This document shows positions 40,154-53,568 of a stretch of DNA of 64,000 nt, one piece after another. Made by a program: the position numbers and the translations under genes. The DNA is from Octopus sinensis (lineage: Eukaryota), in NCBI RefSeq assembly GCF_006345805.1, contig NC_043009.1:42098001-42162000 (forward strand), read 5' to 3'. The first letter of the stretch is position 1. The number at the start of each line of letters is the position of its first letter. A model generated the notes under the pieces. The model was not told the DNA's origin. It made no database searches and saw only the letters and a program-made list of their open reading frames with translations.

Positions 40154-41279
40154 CAATATACATACATATAACATCTATATGAATAATAATTGATGCACTT
40201 GGTTTTGTAAGTAAATGCCTAGCTGTCAGTCTGGATAAGCTTGGATTTTCGGATAAAGACATCAACCGACTGATTCGCACCTTCCTAATACAATCTGTAA
40301 GCGGAACAGTAGAACTATGCAAGACTTTTCTCAGGTTTAAAATGTGACATTGTTTTCGTTATCTACATTTAAAAGATGGCTCTTTGTATCTTTGTTAGAA
40401 ACCTGATTTTTTTTTATCTTCGAAGGAAAAATTTAGGTAATTAAAAACAGAAAAGAACATACACATATACATAGATAAATACATATATTTGAGATTACAT
40501 ACAAAAAGCAAAACATACATACCTGCATGTGCACTGACTCCAAATACTGCTCATACGCATGCACATACATACATACATACATACATACAATCATATATAC
40601 ATACATACAAAAATGTTCATTTTTGCCAGCAGAGTGGACTGGAGCAACGTGAAATAAAGTACCTTGCTAAAGAACACAACGCTCCGTCAAGAATCGAACT
40701 CAAGATCCTACGATCGTGAACCAAATGTCCTGGCGACTAGGCTATACGCCTTCACCAAAACCTCTTGTCGCAGAATTTGGGCATCTCTCTCAGTACTTCT
40801 TTCATACTAAGCGGTCAGTCTACGATCTGAGAGAATACTCCATGCTACATATACAACGCACGCACAGACACACACACATACAAAAATACACATATACAAA
40901 CACACACGCGCGTTATAATTTAAGCAACTTTTATCTAGGGTTTCCAAGATCACGGATAATCTTCAGCAAACAACAGCAATAATCTTATCACCACAGTCTG
41001 ATATTTGGATAAAACTCCTTAATTCTTAATTTCTCAGTCTAAGAGTACGCTGCCTTAGATGATGAGAAATTCTACTAAAATATTAAGATTCAAACTTAAT
41101 TAAGATGGTGGATACAATGCATGTATTACCAATAGGAATTGCATGGAACTTACGGAGAGAACCTTCAAGATAATATGTAACAAGAACGCATACTGTTTTA
41201 GCTGAAGAGATAAAATAAGTTCCAGCACTCTGTCAGGACATGACTAGAAGTTAACGTATATTATAATTTTAAAAGCACC

Positions 41280-41700
41280 AGGAGTGGCTGTGTGGTAAGT
41301 ACCTTGCTTACCAACCACATGGTTCCAGGTTCAGTCTCATTGCGTGGCACCTTGGACAAGTGTCTTCTACTATAGCCACGGGCCGACCAAAGCCTTGTGA
41401 GTGGATTTGGTAGACGAAACTGAAAGAAGCCCGTCGTATATATGTATATGTATATGTATGTGTGTGTATATGCTTGTGTGTCTCTGCTTGTCCCTCCAGC
41501 ATCGCTTGACAACCGATGTTGGTGTGTTTATATGCCCGTAACTTAGCGGTTTGGCAAAAGAGACCGATAGACTAAGTACTAGGCTTACAAAGAATAAGTC
41601 CTGGGGTCGATTTGCTCGACTAAAGACGGTGCTCTAGCATGGCCACAGTCAAGTGCCTGAAACAAGCAAAAAAAAAAAAGAAAAGAAAAGAAAAGGAATA
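41280..41700 (+). mobile_element. SINE family A, full length
   Basis: Head and tail motifs as at 11972-12385. Confidence 0.85.
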
Positions 41701-42304
41701 AAAGTATAACGTGATGGAAGTGGATGAAATTTTGCCTATCTGAGGTATTTTGTAATCTAATGAAATCGAAGCAGACGGATAAATAAGAAATCTGAAATTA
41801 TATATTCTTGGAAGCAGACGAAAAAATTATTATTACCATCATGCAAGGTCCACAAAGTGTAAATTCGCTTGAAACTATTAAATAAGATGTTACATACCAA
41901 TCTATTTTCCTCCAGCGATCTTATTAATTTTTTTCTCTGCATGAAGAATTATACCCAAATAATCGCATTCATTAGCAAAGGCTCCTTACCAGAGCATACT
42001 GTAACTGTCCACTTGACCATTATCGATTTTCACAAATCGTTGGGGCACGTGTTCGCATTCAGCACTAACCAAAATGTTGTCATTGCTAATTTGTCATTTG
42101 AACGATCGCGTGTTCGAAACTACTCAGAGTAGCAAGTCAGCAGAGTTTTTTTCAAATGAATCCTACGAGTATTGTGCATTTTAACTTGTGCATGCTGTCA
42201 TCTCTCCCTTTGCAGAAGTCTTCCCACGCGCTATATATATTTTTAAATATTTTGTTTCTCTCTCTACCTTTTCTGCATTACTATTTCATCTTCGACTACG
42301 TTGT

Positions 42305-42660
42305 TTACTCTTTCACTCTTTTACTTGTTTCAGTTATTTGACGGCGGCCACGCTGGAGCACCATCTTTAGTCTAAGAAATCGACCCCAGGAAGTATTCTT
42401 TGTAAGCATAGTACTTATTCTATCGGACTCTTTTGCTGAACCGCCATGTTACGGGGAACGTAAGCACACCAACAACGCAGACACACACACATGCATGTAT
42501 ACGACGGACTTTCTTCAGTTTCCCTCTACCAAATCCACTCACAATGCTTTGGCCAGCTCGAGGCTATAGTAGAAGACACTTGCCCAAGATGCCACGCTGT
42601 AGGACTGAACCTGGAACCATGTGGTTGGAAAGCAAGCTTCTTAACAAACAGCCACGCCTG
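42305..42660 (-). mobile_element. SINE family A, diverged
   Basis: Family A motifs on the minus strand. Confidence 0.75.
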
Positions 42661-43156
42661 TTTGCTGTTTTTCCTTCATTTCTTTTTGTTTCTTTTTTGT
42701 GCAGAATGACAACACTAAGGCATTAGTGCCATGTTTTCTCCAGGGAAAATTTATCGGCTCAGCGTACGATAATAAAACCTCAGATTTTATACCTAACCTT
42801 TATTTTCCACTTATTATTTTTTATAACTTGCACCAACTTTGTAACTTGTTCTTTGTAATTGTAGATATTTTTCTCAACTACTAAACCGTTTTCTTTGCCG
42901 ATTTTCCCCTCTTTCGTCTACCACATTCACATCCTACTCAAATCCAGCTAACCACCAGCACCCTACACCCCCTTCACACAACAGTGTCCACCATGAGACA
43001 CCTATTGGCAGTGGTACACTTACACCAATATTCTCTTACATTAGCACACAATATCAGGCTTCTAACACTCTTATTAACCATTCCCCATGGAGTTATATGC
43101 TTAGCCGAACACTAAGCTGTCTTTGTTTTTCGGTCCACCACCGTTCTTCCTTTCTC

Positions 43157-43193
43157 TTTTCTGATGAAGGATTTAATGTCCGAAACGTCAAAA
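43157..43193 (+). ncRNA. Minimal type I hammerhead ribozyme motif with an intact core
   Basis: TTTT-CTGATGA-A-GGAT-ttaat-GTCC-GAAA-CG-TC-AAAA: canonical CUGAUGA and GAAA with a GUC cleavage triplet. Confidence 0.72.
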
Positions 43194-43303
43194 ACTATTT
43201 TCCCTTTTCTGCTCAAAGCGTTGTGAAAACTTATTCCCCTTGAAATTTTCTTCATATTTTCATTGTTGTTCATTCATCACACACACACACAACACACACA
43301 CAC

Positions 43304-43339
<36 letters not shown>

Positions 43340-43384
43340 ACATAATACATATATATTTTAAGTATATAAATAGTTGTGCATGCG

Positions 43385-43418
<34 letters not shown>

Positions 43419-43486
43419 GATATTTAAGCGCTTATATATATACGTACATGTATACATATGTGTATGCACACAAAGATATAATTATA

Positions 43487-43535
<49 letters not shown>

Positions 43536-44151
43536 TACAAAGATACCTACAAACGTACATACATACGTACATATGTATGTATCGATGTATGTACCTTAAT
43601 GCATCTGAGCGCGTGTGTATATGATTATACGTATATGTGTTTGCGCGCATATATGTGTACGTGTTTGTGAGCGAATGTGTGAAAATGAGTGAGCATGCGC
43701 GTAGTGGTAGTTAACCGAGAAGAAGAAATAGAGACACAGAGGGAGAAAAACAAAACAAAACAAAAAAATAACAACAACATACATTGACATTAAATATAGA
43801 GAGAATCAAAAGAAAAAAAAAAGAGAGTGAAGTGGCTGCTTCCGGACACAAACACACATACAAACACATACTCACGCACACACTTGCACGCGCGCGCACG
43901 CAAACACTTGCACGCGCGCACACGCACACACTTACACGCGCGCACACGCATGCACAATATGAGACAGCTGTTGACAGTGATACTCGTATACGAAATCAAA
44001 CGATTGCTCTCAGCTAACAGCACGCATGTAATTTATAGCCATCGCATATGGAATACGTAGGCATGAGCATTTACGCACAGGCGTACACACGCGCGCGCAC
44101 AGATAGAAAGAGAGAGAGAAACAAAGAGAAAGAGAGAGAGATAGAGAGATA

Positions 44152-44189
<38 letters not shown>

Positions 44190-45172
44190 CACAGCTCACA
44201 TAGTGAGGGGACAAAAGTACTAAATACGTGTAACAGAGTTTATTTATTCTTTCTCAGCTAATGATTCATTCAGAATGCATGCGTATACGCATGTATGTAT
44301 ATGAATATGTGTGCATATATGCTTAAATATATGTGTATGTATACACTCACACACACACACACATATATATAATATGATATATATATATATATATATATAT
44401 ATATTACTTGTATATATATATATATATATGCATATATTATATACGTATATATATATGCGTGTGTATATATATATTTGTATATATATATATGTATATATCT
44501 ATGTATATGTTGTTTTGTGTGTGTGCGCGTGTGGTGTGTGAGTGTGAGTATATATTTTTATATGTATATGTGTGCCTGTATGTGTGTATTTGTGTATTGG
44601 TGTAGTGGCATAGATAGCTATATGTTCATATATATATATATATATATATAAACAGACATGTATAAAAATGTGTTCGGGTATATATTCTTTTATTCTTTTA
44701 TGCTACTAACTTTCTTCAGTCATTTGTCTGCGCTTATGCTGGAGCAATATGTATATATATATATATATATTATATATATATATATATATAGTATATATAC
44801 ATATATACATATATATATATATAGATACATATATATATATATATACACGCACACACATGTACATATATGTTACAGATATATATGTATATATAAATGTATA
44901 TATATATATATATATTATATAGATATATATATATTGTATATATATATATATATATATGGATATTATATATATATAATATATAATATATATTATATATATA
45001 TCTATAATATATGTATATATATATATATATTATATATATATATATATAATATAAATATATATATATACTATATACATATATATATATAGATACATATATA
45101 TATATACACGCACACACATGTACATATATGTGTACAGATATATATGTATATATAAATGTATATATATATAAA

Positions 45173-45203
<31 letters not shown>

Positions 45204-45944
45204 TATATATATATATATAGACACGTATCATATATAATGTAACGTACGTTCGTATATATATATATATATATGCATATATATGTATATATATATGCATGTA
45301 CATATATATATGCGTATGTAAATATATACTTATTTACATGCATATGTGCGAGTGTGTGCGTGTGTGTGTGTAAGTACATATACATATGCGTATATATTTA
45401 CATACGCACACACACACATATATACACTCATAAGTGGGTGAGTATATACTGAAACTAGAATAAGTGGGGCGTCTACTACCCTTACACTCACACATATATA
45501 CACACACACATTCATACACAGACAAACACGCACACACGCACACACGCACACATACACACATACAGGCACACACTTCATCAAATAAACATGCACTAACGTA
45601 CCTTTATATTCTCAAACCCACCTACACACGTTAACACGCATATGTATATGTATATAATATATATATATATATATATAAATATGTCGTGGGTGGGTATCTA
45701 CGTCTATATTTTTCTATATTCTTTTATCTCTTTATCTCTTTCACTCTCTCACTTTCCGTGTGAGTGTGTGTACGTACGTATGTATGTATGTATGTATGTA
45801 TGTATGTATGTTTGTATGTATGTATTTATGTAAGCATGCATGTATGTTTATATATATACATATATATATATAATATATATATATATTATATAATTATATA
45901 TTATATATATATATAATATATATATATATAATAGATATATATAT

Positions 45945-46021
<77 letters not shown>

Positions 46022-46234
46022 CACAGACAGACATAAACATGTATGTACGTATAGCGCTGTACACGAAAATTGTCGTTCTGGGTCTGTCTACTCTAGCACC
46101 GACGCACTCATATGAAAGACAACGTAAGCACATCCCATCATCACCACAGAGATATGTACACACACATACACACATGCACGCACATACACACACACACACA
46201 CACACACTCACACACACAAACACGTTGCACACGT

Positions 46235-46265
<31 letters not shown>

Positions 46266-47169
46266 GTTGCACACGTTACACACACACACACACGCAGATT
46301 TCCCTTTCTGCACTCACATAATAATCGCAAGCATAATCGCACCATATGATTGCGGCAGACGTGCCTCCGCAAAAATTAAGACAGATACACACATAGACAT
46401 TCATCACCCACACACACACACACACACACACACATGTATATAATATATATATATACTTGTGTGTGTGTGTATGTGCGTGTATATATGTGTGTGTGTGTGT
46501 TTGTGCATAATTATACTGATACATTTATATTGACATAAACAAAGTGAAGCCGATAGTCATGGTGTAATCATATACAAATACACTTGCATACTCTGATGCG
46601 CATATATACACCCAATATACACATACATACTCCCGCAACACACATATTTATGTATGTACCGCTTGAGTTTATATATATATATAAATAGGCCTGTGCTCGT
46701 GTGTGTGAGGAGAGCGTGTATGTATACATGTATACATGTGTGTACGAGGTTTGTACATGGGTTATCCCGAAAGTAAACAAAAGTGGACACAACTAATGCT
46801 ATAAGGTCGTTTAAACTGCACATATTGGGAACTTTTCCTTTATAGCAATATTCCTCTTCTTCTCTGTTCTAGAGAAATAATGGGTTACAAGTAGAAGCAA
46901 CATGAAATCATAAAATGGTGCAGGTTGGTCGACTTTAACAAAAAGCAACTGGTTGCTTATGAAGATGACATTATTGTCATTGTGCAATCAGATACAAATA
47001 CACTTGCACACACGAGCACATACTTAATTACGTATATATATACTCAAGCCGTACATACGTAAATATGTGTAATGGGGGCGTACGTATGTATATTGTGCGT
47101 ATATATGCGCATCAGAGTATGCAAGTGTATTTGTATATGATAACACCATAACAATATTGTCAATGTGCT

Positions 47170-48112
47170 ACACAAATGGATGAAGTGGTTTAAAGAAGGA
47201 TAAAACCAGCATCGAAGAAGGCATAAAACGAATTGAAAGACCGTTAACTTTGACCACTTATACGAATCGTCAGCAAGGTGACGAACTGATTTACGCAGAC
47301 AGACGAGTAACATTCAGTAAGTTTGCTTCAACGTTGGGCCGTGCTCAATATGCTCTACATAATGTTTTCGAAGTCTTGGTGTATCATAAAATTTGTACAA
47401 AGTGTGTATTTTATATCCCGAAGGAGTTAAAGGTGGAATTTTGTTCAGATCTGCAGGAAAAGTTTGAAGCCAAAGAAAGCCAGAGAAGACACATTTGTTG
47501 GGGGTTCTCTTTCCTCTTTTTCGGAAAATTGGTTCAATCTGTAGAATGATGTCACATCTCTTCTCCGTGGCCTAAGATGTTAAAGAGCTAGCGATCGACA
47601 CAGAAAATTTTGGTGATTGATTTGCTGAGCAAAAGAGCGTCATTCTTCTTGATTTTCTGGAACGTGGCTGTATCTCGAACAGCGAGCGTACACTGAAACA
47701 CACAACAAACTTAAAGAGGAGGAGATAAAAAATCTTACGAGAAATTGTTCAAACAAATATCATGATCACAAACATCTTTGTCAACAAATCAGCCAATCGA
47801 CAAACTCAGCTGATCAATGGTCTTCCAACCATCTAACAACTTGGATGTAGGAGCCTCTAGATTCCTTCTGCTCGGTCCAATGCAGGACAAACTTCAAGAA
47901 CAATATTTTTATGGCACGAGGAGAAGTGAAAGCGTCTGTAAAGAAGTGGGTGCAACAGTGCAGACCTAAGAAGATGCGAGAGTTTCGTTCAAGGAAGAAA
48001 CAGAGGGAGACTACTTTGGGTAATACATTTGTATGTAAAAAAAGTTTGAACGATCTATGTCAGTTAATAAAAATGTGTACCCAGTTTCGTATTATTTTCG
48101 AGGCAGACCTTG
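47170..48112 (+). pseudogene. Degenerate mariner transposase remnant
   Basis: Eroded HPPYSPDLAPSDF.LFG-like motif at ~47820-47890, followed by EVKASVKKWVQQ; IYADRRVT...LVYHKICTKCV lies upstream. Confidence 0.5.
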
Positions 48113-48301
48113 TGATGCACATATGTGTATATATATATATTCATGTGTGTGTGTGTGTGTGTGTGTGTAGTAAGAAGTTGCTTCCCAACCACATGATTCA
48201 GGGTTCAGTTACACTGTATAAGATATTGGGCAAGTGTCTTTTACTATAGCCTTGGGCCGACCAAAGCCTTTCGAGTGGATTTCGTAGACGGGAAATGAAG
48301 A

Positions 48302-48401
48302 NNNNNNNNNNNNNNNNNNNNNNNNNNNNNNNNNNNNNNNNNNNNNNNNNNNNNNNNNNNNNNNNNNNNNNNNNNNNNNNNNNNNNNNNNNNNNNNNNNN
48401 N
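48302..48401. other. Assembly gap (100 N)
   Basis: Run of N. Confidence 1.
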
Positions 48402-48512
48402 CAGTACCAGTGAAACCCTGGGGTCGATGTAATCGACTAGTCTTCTCCCCCAAAATTTCAAGCCTTGTGCCTTTAACAGAAAAGATTATATGTATGTATA
48501 TCGATAGATAAA

Positions 48513-49195
48513 TATTCCTTTATTCGTTTCAGCCATGTGATTGCGGTCATTCTGAAGCGCCACTATAATTTTGTACTTTTTAATATCATTCTTCTTTGGC
48601 TGATTTCTTCAGTGTGATAGGATCTCATATCACCACTCCTGTATGTGCTTTTCCCTTTGTCATTGTTCACCCATTTGGTGCACCAGCATGTTTGATACTG
48701 CTGCCCTCGTCTGTACATCATGCCGGGCCGTTGGTTCATCCGGTATTCTGGAGAGGAGAATGTCCTGTTCTATTTTGAAGACATCGACATCCACATTCTG
48801 CAGGTTTCTTAATTATTTTCTTCTTTTTTTTTGCTGGGCTTTGAAGAGCTGTAGTCCTTTGGACCCCAAGCTACTGCAATATAGGATCTTGACTTTAGAT
48901 GGAGTGGATAGAACCTTTGGTATAAATGGCGTCCAGTTCGGGAATTTTTATAACACTCAATGCCGAAATTAGCTTCTAGGCTTTCCAGAATTTTCCATGT
49001 GTAGATTAATACATATTTGTCGCATATTCGCATTAGGGAGTAAAAGTAGTTTTTTTCAACCTCTCCCTGTTGTTTATCTGCTGCACTGGTACAATCTTTT
49101 TAGTATAGTGATGGTGAACCGCTTCAAGCTCTGCTAATAGTTTGTCGCCATATGATGACCATTGCCTGGAATTGCCTTGCCTTTGGATCCTATCT
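48513..49195 (-). mobile_element. CR1/L2-like LINE 3' fragment
   Basis: Minus strand gives YVLIYTWKILESLEANFGIECYKNSRTGRH...GP...RNLQNVDVDVFK...IPDEP, ending in gtggcgcttcagaatgaccgcaatcacatggctgaaac. Confidence 0.7.
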
Positions 49196-49459
49196 TGTAT
49201 ATGCATATACATACATGCATACGCATTTATATGTATATGTATATATATATATATATTATATATATATATATTTTGTATATATATATATATAATATATATA
49301 TGTATGTATGTATGTATTGTGTGTATTATGTATGTATATATACATGGCTTTTATCGAGATAATTGCACAAATATATATCAGAACGTAATAAGCCGGAAAA
49401 ATGCCGCCGACAATTCTACCAGCTCACGGCCTTGTAATAGAAATGATACGTAGTAGAGA

Positions 49460-49935
49460 TAATCAGGGGTTCTTCAGAGAATAAGCCCCCACCTTTAAGC
49501 AGGTGTTTCAGCCCTTAACTCCTTACCCTCATAAGCCCGGTCAGTAAGCAGTTCATTGATACCTACATAATCTTCCGCTGTCGTATTCTTTGCCACTGTC
49601 TATAATGTAACCCTCCTGGATTTTAAGGTGCCTTAGAATCAAGGTACCTTTATGTTGTAACTAATTCATTCGAGATGCCAGTTTGTTGTAAGGTAAATTA
49701 TGCCTTCTGAAATTCGCCCCCATTTCTGTTTGTGCAGCTCCAGTTGCAACTTTTCTCAGCTACTTCTGCCATAGCTTTAGGAGCTCCGATTCTCTTGCTT
49801 CCAGAAATCGAGGGATGGTTCATGAGATCATTGGCACATTTGCCCACAACCCCTCTCGTTCCCACCTCTATGGTGTGGACTTTGATTTGGAAGCCAGATT
49901 TTCTCAGTGGGACAACTAAACCGCCATATTTTTCA
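49460..49935 (-). mobile_element. HERO-like (RLE-bearing) non-LTR retrotransposon 3' fragment
   Basis: EKYGGLV..LRKSGF.....IEVGTRGVVG.....AMAEVAEKSCNW matches the KY..L / EVG.RG / AE.AS.W pattern at the end of the restriction-like endonuclease domain. Confidence 0.6.
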
Positions 49936-51330
49936 GTCATGTATATGTGGGTTTCGTCCAATAGCAGTTCAAAGAAAGAAGAAGAAGTGTAAATGTTCAT
50001 GATTGGTCAACTACTTAAAAACGATTATAAATTAGTTTATGTAGTCTCGTTCGTCATGATTAATTAATCACTGGTGATTCGGGATAGTACAGCACGCTCA
50101 ACAGTGAAAGCGAATTACATTTATCATGGATTGATCTGTGATAATACGGATCGGTTATCAGTCGTAGATTCTTCTTATACCGAATAAAAGCACCCCACTG
50201 ACCAACCATATTTTCTCAGCTACGTAGAATGCAATGACTATCGCTTGAGTTTACATGTCTGAACTACGAGGTTATATGTTTTTTTATACGGATCTAGGTA
50301 ATCGTAGCCATCAATATTGAACCGCTGAACAGAAAAGTATGAAGGCGCTTGATTCTATCAATCGACGGACGCGAAGGTATTCTCTACAGAAAAAGATACA
50401 GATGATCCAGAAAATACGCGATGTTGGAATCTTCGTAGCTGTAGGTCGTGAATTTGATGCCAATGAATCTATTTATCCTTCGTCCCACTTAACAGCGTGC
50501 ATGGAGATGATTACTTTATCGCTGATTCATTTATCACTGTAATAAACGAACTAAACTTCGTGATAAACGAAGACACCTGTATTTGTTAAACGGATACTGA
50601 TAAAACACGATTGCCTAATAGTGATTGCTAAATAGCAATTGTTCAGTAGTGGTTGTTACATAGTTTTATGAACGATTCCTGATAGAGTGATTGCTAGATC
50701 GGTCTTGAGGAACGCAATAAACAACGATTGTTAAGTACAGGATTGTTAAATAGTGCTAGAGTACCTCGTTAGTCATAGCTAAATATTGATTGTTAAATAG
50801 TGTATAACGAGCGAACTTATATCATACATTCTTCATTTCCTTTTATAACTGTGTGTTTACGTAGAACTTCAATTTACAGAGACGTAAATACACAGATACA
50901 CACACACATACTCGTGCACACTCGCATCATTAACTTCTGTAAAGAACTAACACATTGCAACATTACATGCAAAAGCTTGTCTATGTGTATAATAATGCGT
51001 GTGTGTAACTGTGTGTGCGTGTATATGAATGTTTGTGTGTGTGTCTGTGTGTGTGTATATAAATATATTTTGCGACAAAATTCTATAACAGGAAATTGAT
51101 TGAGTCAGACAAAATTTAGCTAAAGTGTACACACACTTATACATATATTTATTCTTATATATTTGGGTGCGTATATGCATGCATATATGTATGTATACAA
51201 GGAAATACACGCATATATATGTATGCGTGTGTATATATGTGTGTGTGTGTGTATGTATATTTACCTGCTGCGCGTGAGAACCAACGATAGTGAGCCTAGA
51301 TTTTATGATTGCAATGTTATAAGTACTGTG

Positions 51331-51366
<36 letters not shown>

Positions 51367-51857
51367 TCATTCAATAACACCTAACACACACAAACATACA
51401 CATACATACACACATGCACACAGACACACACACATTTATAAGACATAGACAAATACTCCAAACTCGCATACATGTCCACAGGCAAACTAGCTTCAATACA
51501 TTCCTATATACACCTAAATATACTTGAATGCAAACATGCATAAATACATATGCATACCAATGCATATACATACATACACATACATACGCGTATAAATGCA
51601 TTTACTCACACATTAATTTATTCGTAAACAAATACATGTATACGCATCCATTTTTGCATACAAACTTATAAACATACGTATATGCGTTCATAAATTTGTA
51701 GAAAATATAGAATTATACGTACATATATAATATATATATAATATATATTATATATATATATATATACGTGCCCATATATATTTAGCTTTATGCATATATA
51801 AATATATATGCATATAAAATAATAATAAATGCGAATGCGCCTTTAAAAGCCTAGCCA

Positions 51858-51995
51858 GGCATTGTGTGTTGTAAAAGTTCCCGAAATGGACGCTATTTAT
51901 ACCAAAGGTTCTATCCACCCCATCTAAAGTCAGGATCCTGTATTGCGGTAGCTTGGGGTTCAAAGGCCCACAGCTCTTCAAAGCTAGCAAAAGAA
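51858..51995 (+). mobile_element. Short internal fragment of the same CR1/L2-like LINE as 48513-49195
   Basis: Reverse-complement match to 48830-48964. Confidence 0.75.
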
Positions 51996-52941
51996 AAAAA
52001 ATTATGAGTAACGTGAAAATGAAGTGTTTTGCTCAAGAACACAACGCGACGCCCGGTCCAGGAACCGAAACCGCAATCTTAAGATCAGGATGCTGACACC
52101 CTAACCACTAAGCCACGCGCCTCGATATATACTTATTTACGTGCATTAATATATACATAGCTTTATGCACAGGTAAAGATATATAAATATACATATTATG
52201 ATGATTGCCTTATCTAGTCAAACGATAGCCGTCTCACGTTCAATTTGATTCTTCTCATTACTTTCGTCCTTAAATATGTGCGTATATGATTTTCGCGGCA
52301 CGCATCCATTGCCATAGGACTTTATAAAATACAAAATGGATATCAAGTAATGAAATGATACCGAGACGTTTGCACACCTTCAGATTTAAGTGTGAAAGGT
52401 TGTACAACACTTTTATCGCTCTCAGAGTCATCATAGTAGGTTCTAGTCATACGCATTGCAAGATGACTGATGCTGTCTTGAATGCTGTGTCTTTCTCATA
52501 GAAGTTCTATCTTCCCTACAGCGTCGTAGAGGCGCGTGGCTTAGTGGTTAGGATGTTAGATTCATGATCGTAATATTGTGATTTCGATTCCTGGACCGAG
52601 CAACGCGTTGTGACTTTGACCAAAAGCTTTCATTTCGCTTTGCTCTATTTTACACAATGAGCAATCCAGTGATGGATCGGCGTCCCGTCCAAGTGGGGAA
52701 CATATATACGTCATGGAAACCGGAAACCCGGCCCTTATAAGTCAGCATGACTCGAGAAGATAATCTTTACCCGTTACTTTGCCCTACGGCTTTACCAAAA
52801 ATAACGGAAGCCTCCTCTGCTCTGCAGAACTCTGTTTAACCTATAAATGAAACACTGACAGGTATCACCTTTCTGGGTTTGAACGGACCGAAGAGCAATG
52901 ACAACTCACGCTCCTTACAGCTTAAAAGCTCCCTGTTCTCG

Positions 52942-52981
<40 letters not shown>

Positions 52982-52982
52982 C

Positions 52983-53030
<48 letters not shown>

Positions 53031-53035
<5 letters not shown>

Positions 53036-53220
53036 GGGAGAATTTACAAAAAACAAAAGACGAAGACAGGTGGTGTAGATAACGAACAGATATATTAGTA
53101 TAACGCTCGGAAAGTGAAAAAGTCTTTAACGTTTCGAGCCTACGTTCTTCCACAGAAAGGAACACAGAAAGAAACGAGAGGAAATAAAGAATGTGTAGTG
53201 GCTAGCGATCTGTCATGATC
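53031..53220 (-). mobile_element. Second copy of the 18860-19050 hammerhead-bearing element (motif 53124-53159)
   Basis: Reverse complement contains ctttctgtggaagaacgtaggctcgaaacgttaaag, and the flanks align. Confidence 0.7.
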
Positions 53221-53410
53221 TATACACACACATCACACACATTATATAGATATATATATATAATATATATTATAATATAATATATTATATGTATATATAT
53301 ATATACATGCACGTATGTATGTATTTATGTACGTATATCAATAATTGCATACGTATATAAGTGCATATTATTAGTAACAAATACATATACATATATGCAC
53401 ATTATATATG

Positions 53411-53454
<44 letters not shown>

Positions 53455-53475
53455 CTTATATATATAATATATATA

Positions 53476-53514
<39 letters not shown>

Positions 53515-53537
53515 TATATATATATAATATTATTATA

Positions 53538-53568
<31 letters not shown>

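Noticed and set aside
41960-42100. Possible minus-strand coding exon ending in a gtaag donor
   Set aside because: The frame is short, there is no convincing acceptor, and the peptide is not recognisable.
48830-51995. Inverted 135-bp pair as TIRs of a 3-kb DNA transposon
   Set aside because: Both are internal pieces of the same CR1/L2-like LINE ORF; the left one is embedded in a longer LINE fragment, and no TSD is present.
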